From: the human T2T-CHM13v2.0 reference genome, Homo sapiens
DNA length: 64,000 bases
NCBI RefSeq assembly: GCF_009914755.1
Contig: NC_060925.1
Strand: one strand, 5' to 3'
Positions within the stretch are counted from its first letter, which is position 1, and every line of letters starts with the position of its first letter. Under the pieces are notes generated by a model. That model was not told where the DNA came from, searched no databases, and saw only the letters and a program-made list of their open reading frames with translations. Both the position numbers and the translations under genes were made by a program. This document shows positions 1-13,090 of the stretch, one piece after another.

Positions 1-1614
1 TTCATTTAGATATTGCATTAAGATTATTTTATCAATCTCTGTGGTTTTCATTGATGATTATTTGTTTTGTGCTTTCTTGCTCAGAGGCTATATTTTGCTC
101 CAGAGAACTGGCTTAAATAAAATTACAAATGCTCACTTAAAGCAGGTATAACAACTTGTAGTCCTTTGAAAATGCTAGTAAGTTTTTTTATAGAAATTAC
201 TAATTGGTAGATTATTGTTAGGAGAAATGGTTTAGATTAAATGCAGTTAATTACATAGGGAAATCTTTTCTACATCTATTGAATTATCCCCAATTTTAAA
301 ATGTTGCACTGTTAGACACTTAGTACTTAAAACCATTTCAAAGGCATTCATAAATGGGTGTGGATGGCAATGTCTCAGGTATGTTTGCTTGTGACAAAAT
401 AAATTATCAGCAGAAAATGCTGAAAGCAATAGTTATTCTAGCCTCTATCATGAAACATGAATAAATCATTCTATTAACAGGAGTTTTGAGTTTATTTCTG
501 GCGACAAAATGGGAATTAATGGAAATATGGATTTCTGTGAGTTTGATACAAAGCATGATGGCTATGTCAGTTCTTGTGCCCTGGTGATCAGTTTGCTTTA
601 CACTAAACTGAACATGCACAGACACATATAATTTAGATTGTAACTGTAGAAATTCTCTATCAGAACCCATGCCTTCTGAAAGAAGTTGAAGTTTTGTGTT
701 TTGTTTTTTAGATAAGGCTTTATCTATTTTTTTCCCAGCACTTACATATCTATGTGTATACTGACTTCTTGTTCAAAATGGTCTGATAGACAGGAGAGTG
801 AATGAGTATAAGTATGCTGCTAGTGTGCCTAGCATATAGTAGACAGTGAATATAAATATGCTGAAGGAATATGTATGTTTCTGTGAATGAGGGGGGCTAT
901 TTCTGATCCTTACGAACTCCACTACAGAGGTGGGGAAGCAGATGGTAGAATCCTGGCATTTCATGTTGGCAGCCATCATTTAACCCACCTGTGTGATTTC
1001 CGAATCACTGGAGCTCAACAGCAAGGAAATGAACTTTGAAGACCTGGAAAATCTGCTGCTTGGAGAGAGAGAAATGCTGCTGCAGAAGGATACTGAATTG
1101 CTGCAAGAAGTTTCCATAACTAATGGTATGAAACTGTCTTTTGGATTGTAGCATTCACTTGGGTTTAGAGTAGGGGAAGTGTTTATTTTTGAGAGCTTAT
1201 CATGGTAGGTAAGTAGTGGAAGAAACCCTGGGAAGTTCTTGGCCAGACCATTTTGGATATAGTATTAAATAAATGCTGTTTCTATAGAGCATATTTTTTC
1301 CATTGCACGTTGTAAGAAAGTTATCTCCATCTATTATTTAATTTTTTGAGTGCATTTTAGAAAGTATTACATTATGGGGGTATTAGTGGTAAAATATATT
1401 GTTTGAAGGAGAAATACATGACAGTGGTCATTAAACCTTATTATGAGACATTATTTCTTTTTAAAAAAAATTTTAAAAATCCTCCTCCAGGTAATGAATG
1501 ACACATCAGTTCTAAATGAGGAATAACCCAATATAAATAGAGAGCTTATGCCAGGCACTGTGCTAAGCATTCATTTGATACTCATAACAGCCCGTGACCA
1601 GGTTGGACTTATTA

Positions 1615-1745
1615 GACAAGTGACTTTATGTTTCTCTTTGCCTGGAGCAGTTCTATTTTATGCTTATTGTCCAGGTTTTTACTAATACCCTCATTTTTAT
1701 TCTCAAAAGTGTTGTGGTTTGGATGATAAATTGTTTGGTTACCCT
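1615..1745. mobile_element. MER96B-like hAT MITE within a MIR-like element
   Basis: ctcaaaagtgt...gtttggatgataaatt...ggttaccct end resembles the MER96 family. Confidence 0.5.
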
Positions 1746-2243
1746 TTGTTTATCCTGTGGCTAAGAGACTGGGTGATAGAGCTGGGTTTTAAGTTGAAGT
1801 CTTTGACTTTGAAGAGCCATACAGTTTTCAGTAACAACTTTCCTGTTGCTTACATATTATAAAACACAAATGTGGATTTTTGTATTTTAGTTATGTTTTA
1901 TAAAGGGATTTATTGGTAACATAGCTTGCATTCCATTTACGTTTTGTATTTTACCTGGCCCTTTTGCAGAAGATGTCCAACATCTTCCTCTCTGCCCTAC
2001 AAAATAATTATGGTTGTAATTAATCTGAAGTCTTCTAGTTACATTTACTGGTCATCCGGTTGTCTGGTTCCCAGAAGTTTTCTGTTCTTTGATAAACACC
2101 TTTAGTCGTTAGTATTTGAGTGCCTCTTGATGGGCACAAACAGTTGGCAGATAGTTCAGGAACCAGCTGACAAACATTCTTACTGCTTAAGTATGTACTG
2201 TGCAGCAATGCCACAAATTTATTTTTTATTTTTATTTTCGCAG

Positions 2244-2267
2244 AGTTCGTGGATGAGAGCTGAAGAG
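2244..2267 (+). other. Candidate alternative exon (24-nt in-frame microexon SSWMRAEE, or the start of a longer terminal/poison exon)
   Basis: Strong acceptor attttttatttttattttcgcag| and donor GAG|GTTTGT; phase 0/0 matches the host intron. Confidence 0.4.
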
Positions 2268-3022
2268 GTTTGTCGTTAAAGGAAGATTTCTGAAGCAGGA
2301 GTAGCAGCATGGCTGCCACTACTGTCACTGTGATGCTTATTTCACTATAAAATCCCTCAAACTGCAGGCATCAACAATGGTAGAAGGGAATCCCAGTGAG
2401 GGTGATGGCCCTCTTGAACACCTGTGACACAAGGATTGGGAGGTCCCACAGAAGGGTTAGGACACATTTGACTTGCAACACTTGGATGTGCTTCTGCAGG
2501 ACTGTGCTTTAGTAGATTTCAATAATCTATGGCAAAAGAGTTGGACAATCCAACCAGAAGTATCTTGAGGTCAATGATCTTTGTATAAGGAGAATGATAT
2601 GCTAGGCTTCTGCTGAAGAATTGCAGACCAAGCAAGGTATCAGAAAGTGTAGTGAAAAAAATACAAGGAGGCACCTGTTCTTGTCACATCTTTTTGGATA
2701 TATTATATAAAACTTTCAAAAGATACTTTTAAAGTGTTAATTGAGTCTTTCTAAGATTTTATTTCTACTAGCCAGTGTAACCATTCTATGCAAAGCAGAT
2801 TTTGATGATATTTGTGTGTTTTAGGATACTATTCAGTATTAGAAACTCTGTTACATTATGGAAGCATGTTTTTTGTCATCTGGTGTTAAAGGCATTCAGA
2901 GATACTTCTTGATAAATATCAAGGGCATCATTGGGAAGATACTTATTCTTATTGCATTGTTTTTTCTTGGGGTTGCAGATACGACACTGTATAAAAGAAA
3001 ACGTGTTCCTTGCATGGGAAAA

Positions 3023-3315
<293 letters not shown>

Positions 3316-3584
3316 TGGAGAATATCATTTCTAAACAAGTATTTATTTAATTGTTATGTTAGCTAAATGCCTCATTTTGGAAGATAATTCGAAGTTATCT
3401 TGTTAGTGTTTTCCTTAAATCAATTGATTTTTATGATTTTAAAAAAGTTTCCTGGTAGTGTGCCTCTTATTTTAGCTCCTTCCCATGAATAATGTATTTG
3501 AGCTAGCTGTTTTAAAAATTTTAATACATACCTTTCAAGGTGCCTTTCATAGAATGATTTTTCACATTTATTTCTTGGGTGAAC

Positions 3585-3993
<409 letters not shown>

Positions 3994-4391
3994 TAAATAC
4001 CTTTGTTACTTAATAACAGTGTTTGGACTTTTAAGATGTAATACATATTTGAGAATTTGGAAAATATTGAAATAAAAAAGAAAATAAAAGGTGCTTAAAA
4101 TTCCGCCGCAGTTAAGATTTTGGTGTATCTCCATTCCAGATATCTACATGTGCTCTCCTCCCTGCCTCTTCAAAAACAACAGCAACAAACTCAAACAGAT
4201 ATACAGTTTTGTGTTTAGTATTTTCTATAGATACTGTTTTCTGGAGAAAGATTGTATTATTTATCAATAAACCTTTTCCTTCTGCAAAGAAATGCCCATT
4301 CAAGACTATTTGTGTGTATGTGTTTTAATAAGTGTGACATGTATTGAAGTGTTTGCCATGGTATGTGTTTTTAATTTCCTTTCTTGATGTA

Positions 4392-4735
4392 CAGTTAGCC
4401 CACTATATTTGTGGATTCTACATCCATGGAGTCAACTAACCATGGCTTTAAAATATTTGATAAAAATGTATGGTTTCATCTGTACTGAATATCTATAGCC
4501 TTTTTTCCTTGTCATTAGTCCCTAAAAGATACAGTATAAAAACCATTCACATAGCATTTATATTCTATTAGGTATTATAAGTAATTTAGAGATTAAAGTA
4601 TATGGAAAGATGTGTGTAGGCTATATGGAATATTACACAGTTTTATATAAGGGACTTAAACATCTATGCATTTTGGTATCTGGGAGTTTTGGGGGGTCCT
4701 AGAAACAATTCCCCATGGGTACCAAAGGACAACTG
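4392..4735. mobile_element. MER2 (TcMar-Tigger non-autonomous element)
   Basis: cagtt...aactg termini, TA at 4390-4391 and 4736-4737, typical MER2 body. Confidence 0.85.
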
Positions 4736-5274
4736 TAATTGGTTATCCAGTTTGTTATAAGATACTGATAGTCATTGTTTCTGAAGTTTATCTTGTTAAT
4801 TCTTGGATTACTGTTTCAGCTTATTCACAGACTCTAGAATTCACAATATATTTTAACTCTTTTGGTAGAAATGGCAGCTTGTAAGACATAGTATTAAATG
4901 CAATTTGATTGCTGTTAATGAAATTAATGTACTGTCGTGTTCTTTCTCCAAAAGAGAGATAGATGGAATCTTATTTTTTTTTCTCCATCATTCTGTATCA
5001 CTCTGGCTCAGCTCCATACGCTTAACCTTTCTATAAAGAATTTTTTGAAGCCTTGCCAGATGCTTTAGAATTTGCCAAGTTCTTTGACTTTTTTTGATAT
5101 GGCCTTCTGATGTGACAAGCTGGCTGATCTGACATAAAGAATGTGAAAAAGAAGAGATGAGAAAGGGGAAAAAAGAATAAATATGGCTGGGGTTTAACTA
5201 CCAATGTATGCAAAATTACATACAGGTGTTCTCCTGTTTTCACATACAGTGCTTTCTTAAAAATACGCTTAAGT

Positions 5275-5888
5275 CCGGGAGTAGCCAGAAAGAGTCATGG
5301 CCCAAAACCCCCTAACAGCAGTTAGTGTGGCATCTCCACAGTGGGGAATGTTGTAGGAGTTATTAAGAAATTATTTTAGGCATATAGAGATGAAAAGGGA
5401 TCCTTGGGAAATTTTCATTTTTTAAAGCATCTCTGGAAAAGTTTCTTGTAAAGCCCCAGCTCTTAGAGCCAGGCCAGCAACCTATAATATACAAATGGTA
5501 GCCATTAGAAACCGGGTCCACCCAACATGGCAATTCCCAGGGCCTTCTTGCCCTTGCCCCACATGTTCCTGGCAACATGGCTGTCCACACATATCCTTGC
5601 GTGTGGAGAGCATCATGGTGCCCTGCATTTGCATATGAAAAGCTAGGGTGGGAGGGCCAGCTTTTTCCACCTGCTACGTGAATTGCATGCCTAGTCAAAC
5701 CCATCCCATGAGCCCTATGCAAATCAGACATCACGTCCTCCAGCCTCTGCATATATACCTGGTTAGTATGCATGGCAGGTGGTGTTCTGTCTCTTGGCTT
5801 TGGAGCCCCTCTCCCTCTGTCTCTGTATGGGGAGCCGCTTTTTTTTTGCCCTTGTTTCTTGCCTATTAAACTCCCTGCTCCTTAAAAC
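5275..5888 (+). mobile_element. ERV1-class (MER4-group) fragment: 3' end of internal region, PPT, then U3-R of the LTR; no U5
   Basis: PPT-like gtggggaa followed by the LTR start TGTTGTAGG at 5349; TATA-like catatatacc near 5750; ATTAAA at 5865-5870. Confidence 0.8.
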
Positions 5889-7562
5889 AAAACTAAATAT
5901 ACACTGAAGTTAAATGTATAAAAATCAGACAGTAGACTTTATATTTCATTTAGGAGTAGGAAGTGGAGAATACCCAGAGAACTAAAAGTAGTTTAAAGTC
6001 TCTATTTACACTTGACCTTGTAGGCATAGTCTTCAATGACATATTTCTAGCATATTCTTTGGTTCTGTTTTCCTCTATAAACACTTGAATTATTGGGCTA
6101 AATCCAGTAACTATCCAGCTGAGGCTGAACCTTTCTGTTTTTAGCTTATCTAATGATTCCCTCTCATCCATCCCCAAGCACATTCAACTTAATATTTGCT
6201 GGAGTACAGGCTGTATGTTCTCTCTTGTATTTCTGGCACCTAGACTAATACTTGGTATGCAGAAGGTGCTCAAATAATATTTGTTGAATGAATGAGTTTA
6301 TTGTCTTAATTATATAAGTTTTGAGGCCTACAGTTCTTATTAGCATCAATCTTTTGCTGCTTTTTAAATTTTTACTCATATAAGATTAAAATGGGGATAG
6401 CATGGTAAAATAATGAAGAAATTTTGGGAACATTATGATATAAATATGGTGCTACTGCAGAAGTTGAACTTTAGACTGGCAGGTAGGATTTCTGTATAGT
6501 TGTTAAAAGTTAAAACTGTTAATTTGGCATTGAGAAGGCACTTTAGGGTAATCATTGGTTAATGGGTATAAATGTGGCATTCGGAAGTTTTTGAATGTGT
6601 TAGACTGTGTGTGCTTGTACAAGAAAAAGTGGCAGAATATGTGAATAAAACAAAGGAAAACAGAAGACCTCATACTTTAACAGACTCTTCTGTTATAGGG
6701 AGTATTCCTGTTTCAAGCAAGTTACAAATATTGTATTCCTAGACTAATACAGTTCAAGAAGTACTTTGAATTCACTTTATCTAAAGTGAGGGATTTATTA
6801 ATGTTCACAGCATTCTTCTTATCTGTACTTCCCAATGTGACACATTGAAAATATTTTTTTAACCCTTCACATTTCACCTTGTTTTCTTTGTCAACCTATG
6901 CGTGGGCTGAGAGATTTGGAGAATCTTTGGTGCTTCAAGCTCACAAGTTTGTGATGATCTGATGCTTCTTTTGGAACCAAGAAGTAGAATAACTTCTGGA
7001 GAAGTGTTGGATTTAGAGTACTTCTTCACTTTAAGGAAAGAATATGAGCTATACACACAAATACACACACATATGTATATACATATATATGTATATATGT
7101 ATGTATAAAAGTAGTCACTAGAGTGGCCTAATACCAATAGAATAGATAAGAATAAGACCATTTCAGCATTCATTCTGGGAACCCAACACTTATAGCACAA
7201 CAACATTGAGTAAAAATACTGGTAGCTCTTTATGTTACTGACTGTATTGCTAAAGCCAGTATTTGCCTTATTCTATGGTTCTGTATCTAGCCCCTGAGGC
7301 TGAGGGAAGTGAAGAGAGAACTTGGAGACTTGGCCAAAACCTTGTTTGTGAGAGTGTGTTGGGAAGATTCAGATACCAACATCATTTTAGTAAATTATCT
7401 TAGGATACATTCAATTTCTTGTATATTTTGAAGCCTAGAAATATCTATAAATAAATACAGTTTATTTTGTGAACTTAAATTAGTTCAATATCTTTATCAC
7501 CATGTTTAAATGTCAGAGTTGTGAGAAGCAAATATTTGAAAGATAGCTTTTTTTTTTTTTAA

Positions 7563-7888
<326 letters not shown>

Positions 7889-8420
7889 CTCTTGCCCTTC
7901 TTCATTCTTAAGATGCTCAGATCCTAGTTGCAGCTCCTAAATCATAGTTCTCTTCTGGTCTCCAGTATGTATGCTGGTGGTGCTTAGTGTTGAACTTTAT
8001 CTGTATATATTTGAAAACCCTCCTCAGATTTGAACTTAAGTTTCCATGAAGTGAAATGTACCCCATTATTAATTTCAAAGTAAAAAATTCTGTTAATTTA
8101 CTTCTTAAGCGATATTTCTTCAATATTTCCCTTCTTGGACTTCACATTGATGATAGTTTTTAGGTTGTAATAATTTAGAGTTTGGATGGTCTACATTTAC
8201 CATCTACAGTTGTTTACTCCCTCTTTTTTTAATGCACAAGTGATGAAAATGTTGTCATGTAATATCTAAACAATGATAAATACTTAGACTATATATAAAA
8301 ATATATATTCTGCCAAAGAAAATTGTCATGGAAAATTGTAGATTCAAGAGTTAGGAGAGAAGGATATCAGAATGCAATTAAAACCTTTGCCTAATGGTAT
8401 TTCCTTTTTTATTCTTTTAG

Positions 8421-8578
8421 GTAAGCAGAATTTTGTACAGTTTCTGTACAGCATTCAAACGTTCTTCCAGACAAGTGTCTGATGTTAAAGACTCAGTTAT
8501 TCCTACCCCCGACAGTGATGTGTTTACCTTCAGTGTCTCCTTGGAGGTAAAAGAAGACGATGGAAAAGGAAACTTTAG
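8421..8578 (+). CDS. RABGAP1L: RABGAP1L internal coding exon A (158 nt, phase 0->2): VSRILYSFCTAFKRSSRQVSDVKDSVIPTPDSDVFTFSVSLEVKEDDGKGNF(S)
   Basis: Pyrimidine tract ttccttttttattcttttag| and donor AG|GTGAGG. The frame is open and joins the next exon in frame. The peptide is recognised as RABGAP1L (C-terminal helix of the PTB domain onward). Confidence 0.96.
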
Positions 8579-8736
8579 GTGAGGCATTTGGAAAGATTAA
8601 AAATTCTCATTGTATCTGGAGTATAATATAGGCGCATATAAAGTTTCAAGAAACTATACAGTGTTGGCATAAAGCCTCAAACTGATAAATATTTGGCTGG
8701 TGAATTAATATTTTTTATTCTTGTGCTTGTCAGATA

Positions 8737-9104
<368 letters not shown>

Positions 9105-9843
9105 TAATAAAAGTAGAATAAAAACTACGATCTTGTCAGCCACAGTCACTTTTAACATTTGGTCTCTTCCCTTTGTTTATTTCTAGGGGAATTTTTACAC
9201 AATTGTATATATATACCTTTTTTTTTTCTTTATGTTAAGTGTTCTAATCAAAATTGTTTTTAACAGTAACTGATAATATATGGTTTGACCACCACTTAAT
9301 TAACCATTTCTTTTTTTTTTGTACATTTAGAATGTTTTCCTCCAGTTCAGATATAGACAGTTAATAGGAAACAGTTATATTATTTAATGCTCAACTTTGT
9401 TCCTTAGCTGTGCCTTTAATTCTAAGAGTAGTTGCTAGCTAGGTATTTTATCTGTAGTTTTACAGACATTGAAATTGAGGTCATGTAAAAGTTGCTCAAG
9501 ATATTTTTTCTTTTTAGATAAGACAAGCCATATTTTATACATTGATTATTTTAATGAATTAATTTGTAAGAATAGTCTAGCCTAGGCTAGAATTTGATTA
9601 ACTTGTCCCTGTTATGTATCTCTTTGTCCATCTTTTGTTTATATATTCATGGATACATCACAGTCATCTCAAATTCTATGTGTCTAAAAGTATGCTCTTC
9701 TCACTTCCTTTGCTTTGGATTTCACTGTTTTACAGGCACTTATGACCACCCAACCAGCTAAACCAGACATGTGACAGTCTTAAGAACTTCAAGTAAACAT
9801 TATTCCTAAATTTGTTTTAAAACTGAAATTTATCATGTTGTCA

Positions 9844-10153
<310 letters not shown>

Positions 10154-10425
10154 TAAGATCTTGCTTTTAACTTTGGTTAGCAGACAAAATATAAGGCTCT
10201 TGTAAACTCAATTTAGAAATTAATAATGACTGTGTTGCTGACTATAAAGTTTATAGTCAAATAAAATCAATAGTTTGCTGCCTGTGGCAAGGTGAGAGTT
10301 TAGTATATCTTAAGAATAAGGGTGTTGTTGCTTAAATACTTTGTTGTTTTGTTCTAACCTTGGAATAGGTTATTTTATCATTTTATTAGATTATTGGTAA
10401 TTCCTATTCCTTTTGAATATTTCAG

Positions 10426-10536
10426 CCCTGTGCCTAAGGATAGAGATAAATTTTATTTCAAATTAAAGCAAGGAATAGAGAAGAAGGTTGTGATTACAGT
10501 GCAGCAACTTTCTAACAAAGAATTAGCTATTGAAAG
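10426..10536 (+). CDS. RABGAP1L: RABGAP1L coding exon B (111 nt, phase 2->2): (S)PVPKDRDKFYFKLKQGIEKKVVITVQQLSNKELAIE(R)
   Basis: Acceptor tatttcag|, donor AAG|GTAAGC; in frame with both flanking exons. Confidence 0.96.
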
Positions 10537-10999
10537 GTAAGCAGCTTGCTCCTAAATGCTACCAAAAACTTGTATTGACATTGTTACTGTCTCAGATGCA
10601 TTGCTCAGTGTGGCTTTTCACTATACTTCATTTTCTCCAATTAAAAATGAGGATAATTAATAATACTTTCTCTACTTTAACTTAGATGTAACTGGTTCAT
10701 TGAAAATCAATTGCTGGGGTAAGTAAACATGAAATGGTTTTAGTTTTTCAGTCATAACTGCTACAACTGGGTTTGTTCACATCTTTTTTTCTTGTTCCTT
10801 ATTTACATACAGCATAAATACTTTTAACTTTTCAATCACTTTCGATTACTCTTCCACTTAGCTGCTGGAATTTCAGAAACTTTAAAAGATAGATACATAT
10901 TTTTAAAATATATAAATACATACACATATACTTGTGTGTCAATTCACAGGAAAACTATTCAGAAAACAAAGGAATGGTAGGACAAAAGATATAAATAAA

Positions 11000-11780
11000 G
11001 TCAACAAGAAATGATAGTTCTGGAAAAAATATTCGTAATGTAGATGACAGGAAAAGGTAATGTCTACAATATACATAAATTTCTTAACAATTGGCAGAAA
11101 GCAGAGGAGAAAAACAGGTCAGAGTATAAACAGATCAGAGGAAAGCTACTGGATGGCTAAGAAACATATGTAAAGAGGTCCTGATTCACAAAAAGACAGG
11201 GAAATGCGAATTATAGTAACCTTAAGATATCAGATTGCAAAAATATGTAGTGATGGTGGGGGTATGGGGCAAAGGGAATTCTCATACTGTTAATGGAAAT
11301 GTAAAATGTACGTATGTCCTTTTTGAAAACCAATTAGGCAACATATATAAAGATTTTAATACCTATAATTGGACACATAAGTCTTATTCTAGGGAATCTG
11401 TGCTATTCAAAATAAAAGTATCACTATTTAAGGACATTTGTAAGGATGTTTATTAATAAACTTAATTCAAAGTTAATTCAATACCTAGTACTTCTTTGTC
11501 TTTGTTGCTACATATTTGTTAAATTGAAAGTTGCTTTGTTATGCCAAAAAGGAAGTGCTCAAAAAAATGATGGGGGCATATGCTAAAGATAGGGTTTGAA
11601 GGGGCTTCAACTGGTTACTTCTTGGGCAATCTGAACAACAAAATAATTAGGTACTTCAGTCAATTATCAGTCAGTACTGAAGTCAATCAGTACTTCAGTC
11701 AAACAACAAAGGATGTTTATTAATTTAACTTTGAAGTATTATTTTTAGTGGCAAAAACTGGAAATACAGATGCCTATTTG
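11000..11780 (+). mobile_element. Ancient L1M fragment (ORF2 3' end), interrupted at 11458-11708
   Basis: Degenerate L1 phrases (gaaatgcgaatta, ctcatactgttaatggaaatgtaaa, tagtggcaaaaactggaaa). Confidence 0.65.
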
Positions 11781-12279
11781 GCTTCAAGGAGCAAGGGAAG
11801 TTGGTGATGCTCAAGAGAAATAAAAGCCTCTTCATCAAGACTGCTGTATACTATGTCTTATTCTAGGGAATCTGTGCTATTGGAAATAAAATTCCAATAA
11901 TAAATAGATTCCCTCTGTCTTCCCTCCAGTCTCTAGACTGGGATGAGGGTGGGAGGCAATTGAGGCGCTGGCTGATGGCATCATGGCCACTTCTGTTCCT
12001 CTTAAATATAGGAGAAGGTATCTGGCCCCCAGTTATCTGCTGTTTTTTTTTTTAGAAGGTAGGCTATCTAGCTCCACTTTGTTCCCATCTTTGAATCCTG
12101 CCAGGCAACAGGAAAAGTTTTATTCAGCATCTTGGTACAGTGATGCATGCATGTGTTTTTAATTGCTTGCAAAGTTTGGCCATATGTAAAAACCATCTTT
12201 TATAAATTTTAAGATGCATGTGTTTTCATATTGAACATCTCTGAAATTGTAGTTTGTCTTATAATTGATGGCATTTTTT

Positions 12280-13090
12280 AAATACTTTAAGTTCTGGGAT
12301 ACATGTGCAGAACATGCAGGTTTGTTACGTAGGTATACCTGTGCCATGGTGGTTTACTGTACCCATCAGCCCATCATCTAGGTTTTAAGCCACACATGCA
12401 TTACCTATTTGTCCTAATGCTCTCCCTTCCCTTGCCCCCGAACCCTGACAGGCCCCGGTGTATGATGTTACCCTCCTTGTGTCCATGTGTTCTCATCGTT
12501 CAGCTCCCACTTATGAGTGAGAACATGCAGTGTTTGGTTTTTTGTTCCTGTGTTAGTTTGCTGAGAATGATGGTTTCCAGCTTCATCTATGTCCCTGCAA
12601 AGGACATGAACTCATTCTTTTTTATGGCTGCATAGTATTCCGTGGTGTATATGTGCCACATTTTCTTTATCCAGTCTGTCATTGATGGACATTTGGGTTG
12701 GTTCCAAGTCTTTGCTATTGTGAATAGTGCTGCAGTAAACATACGTGTACATGGGTCTTTATAGTAGAATGATTTATAATCCTTCAGGTATATACGCAGT
12801 AATGGGATTGCTGGGTCAAATGGTATTTCTGGTTCCAGATCTTTGAGGAATCACCACACTGTCTTCCACAATGGTTGAACTAATTTGCACTCCTGCCAGC
12901 AGTGTAAAAGTGTTCCTATTTCTCCACATTCTCTCCAGCATCTGTTGTTTCTTGACTTTTTAATGATTGCCATTCTAACTGGTGTGAGATGGTATCTCAT
13001 TGTAGTTTTGATTTGCATTTCTCTGATGACCAGTGATGATGAGCTTTTTTTCATATGTTTGTTGGCCGCATAAATGTCTTCTTTTGAGAG
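12280..13090 (-). mobile_element. 5'-truncated L1PA (L1PA7/8-like), inserted in a MER104-like DNA element (about 12190-13180)
   Basis: ORF 12851..13114 matches the ORF2p C-terminus ([13 protein letters not shown]...RCWRECGE); typical L1PA 3' UTR. Confidence 0.93.

Noticed and set aside
928-1125. 198-nt internal in-frame exon using the CAG at 927
   Set aside because: Stop codons in the phase-0 frame and a weak pyrimidine tract.
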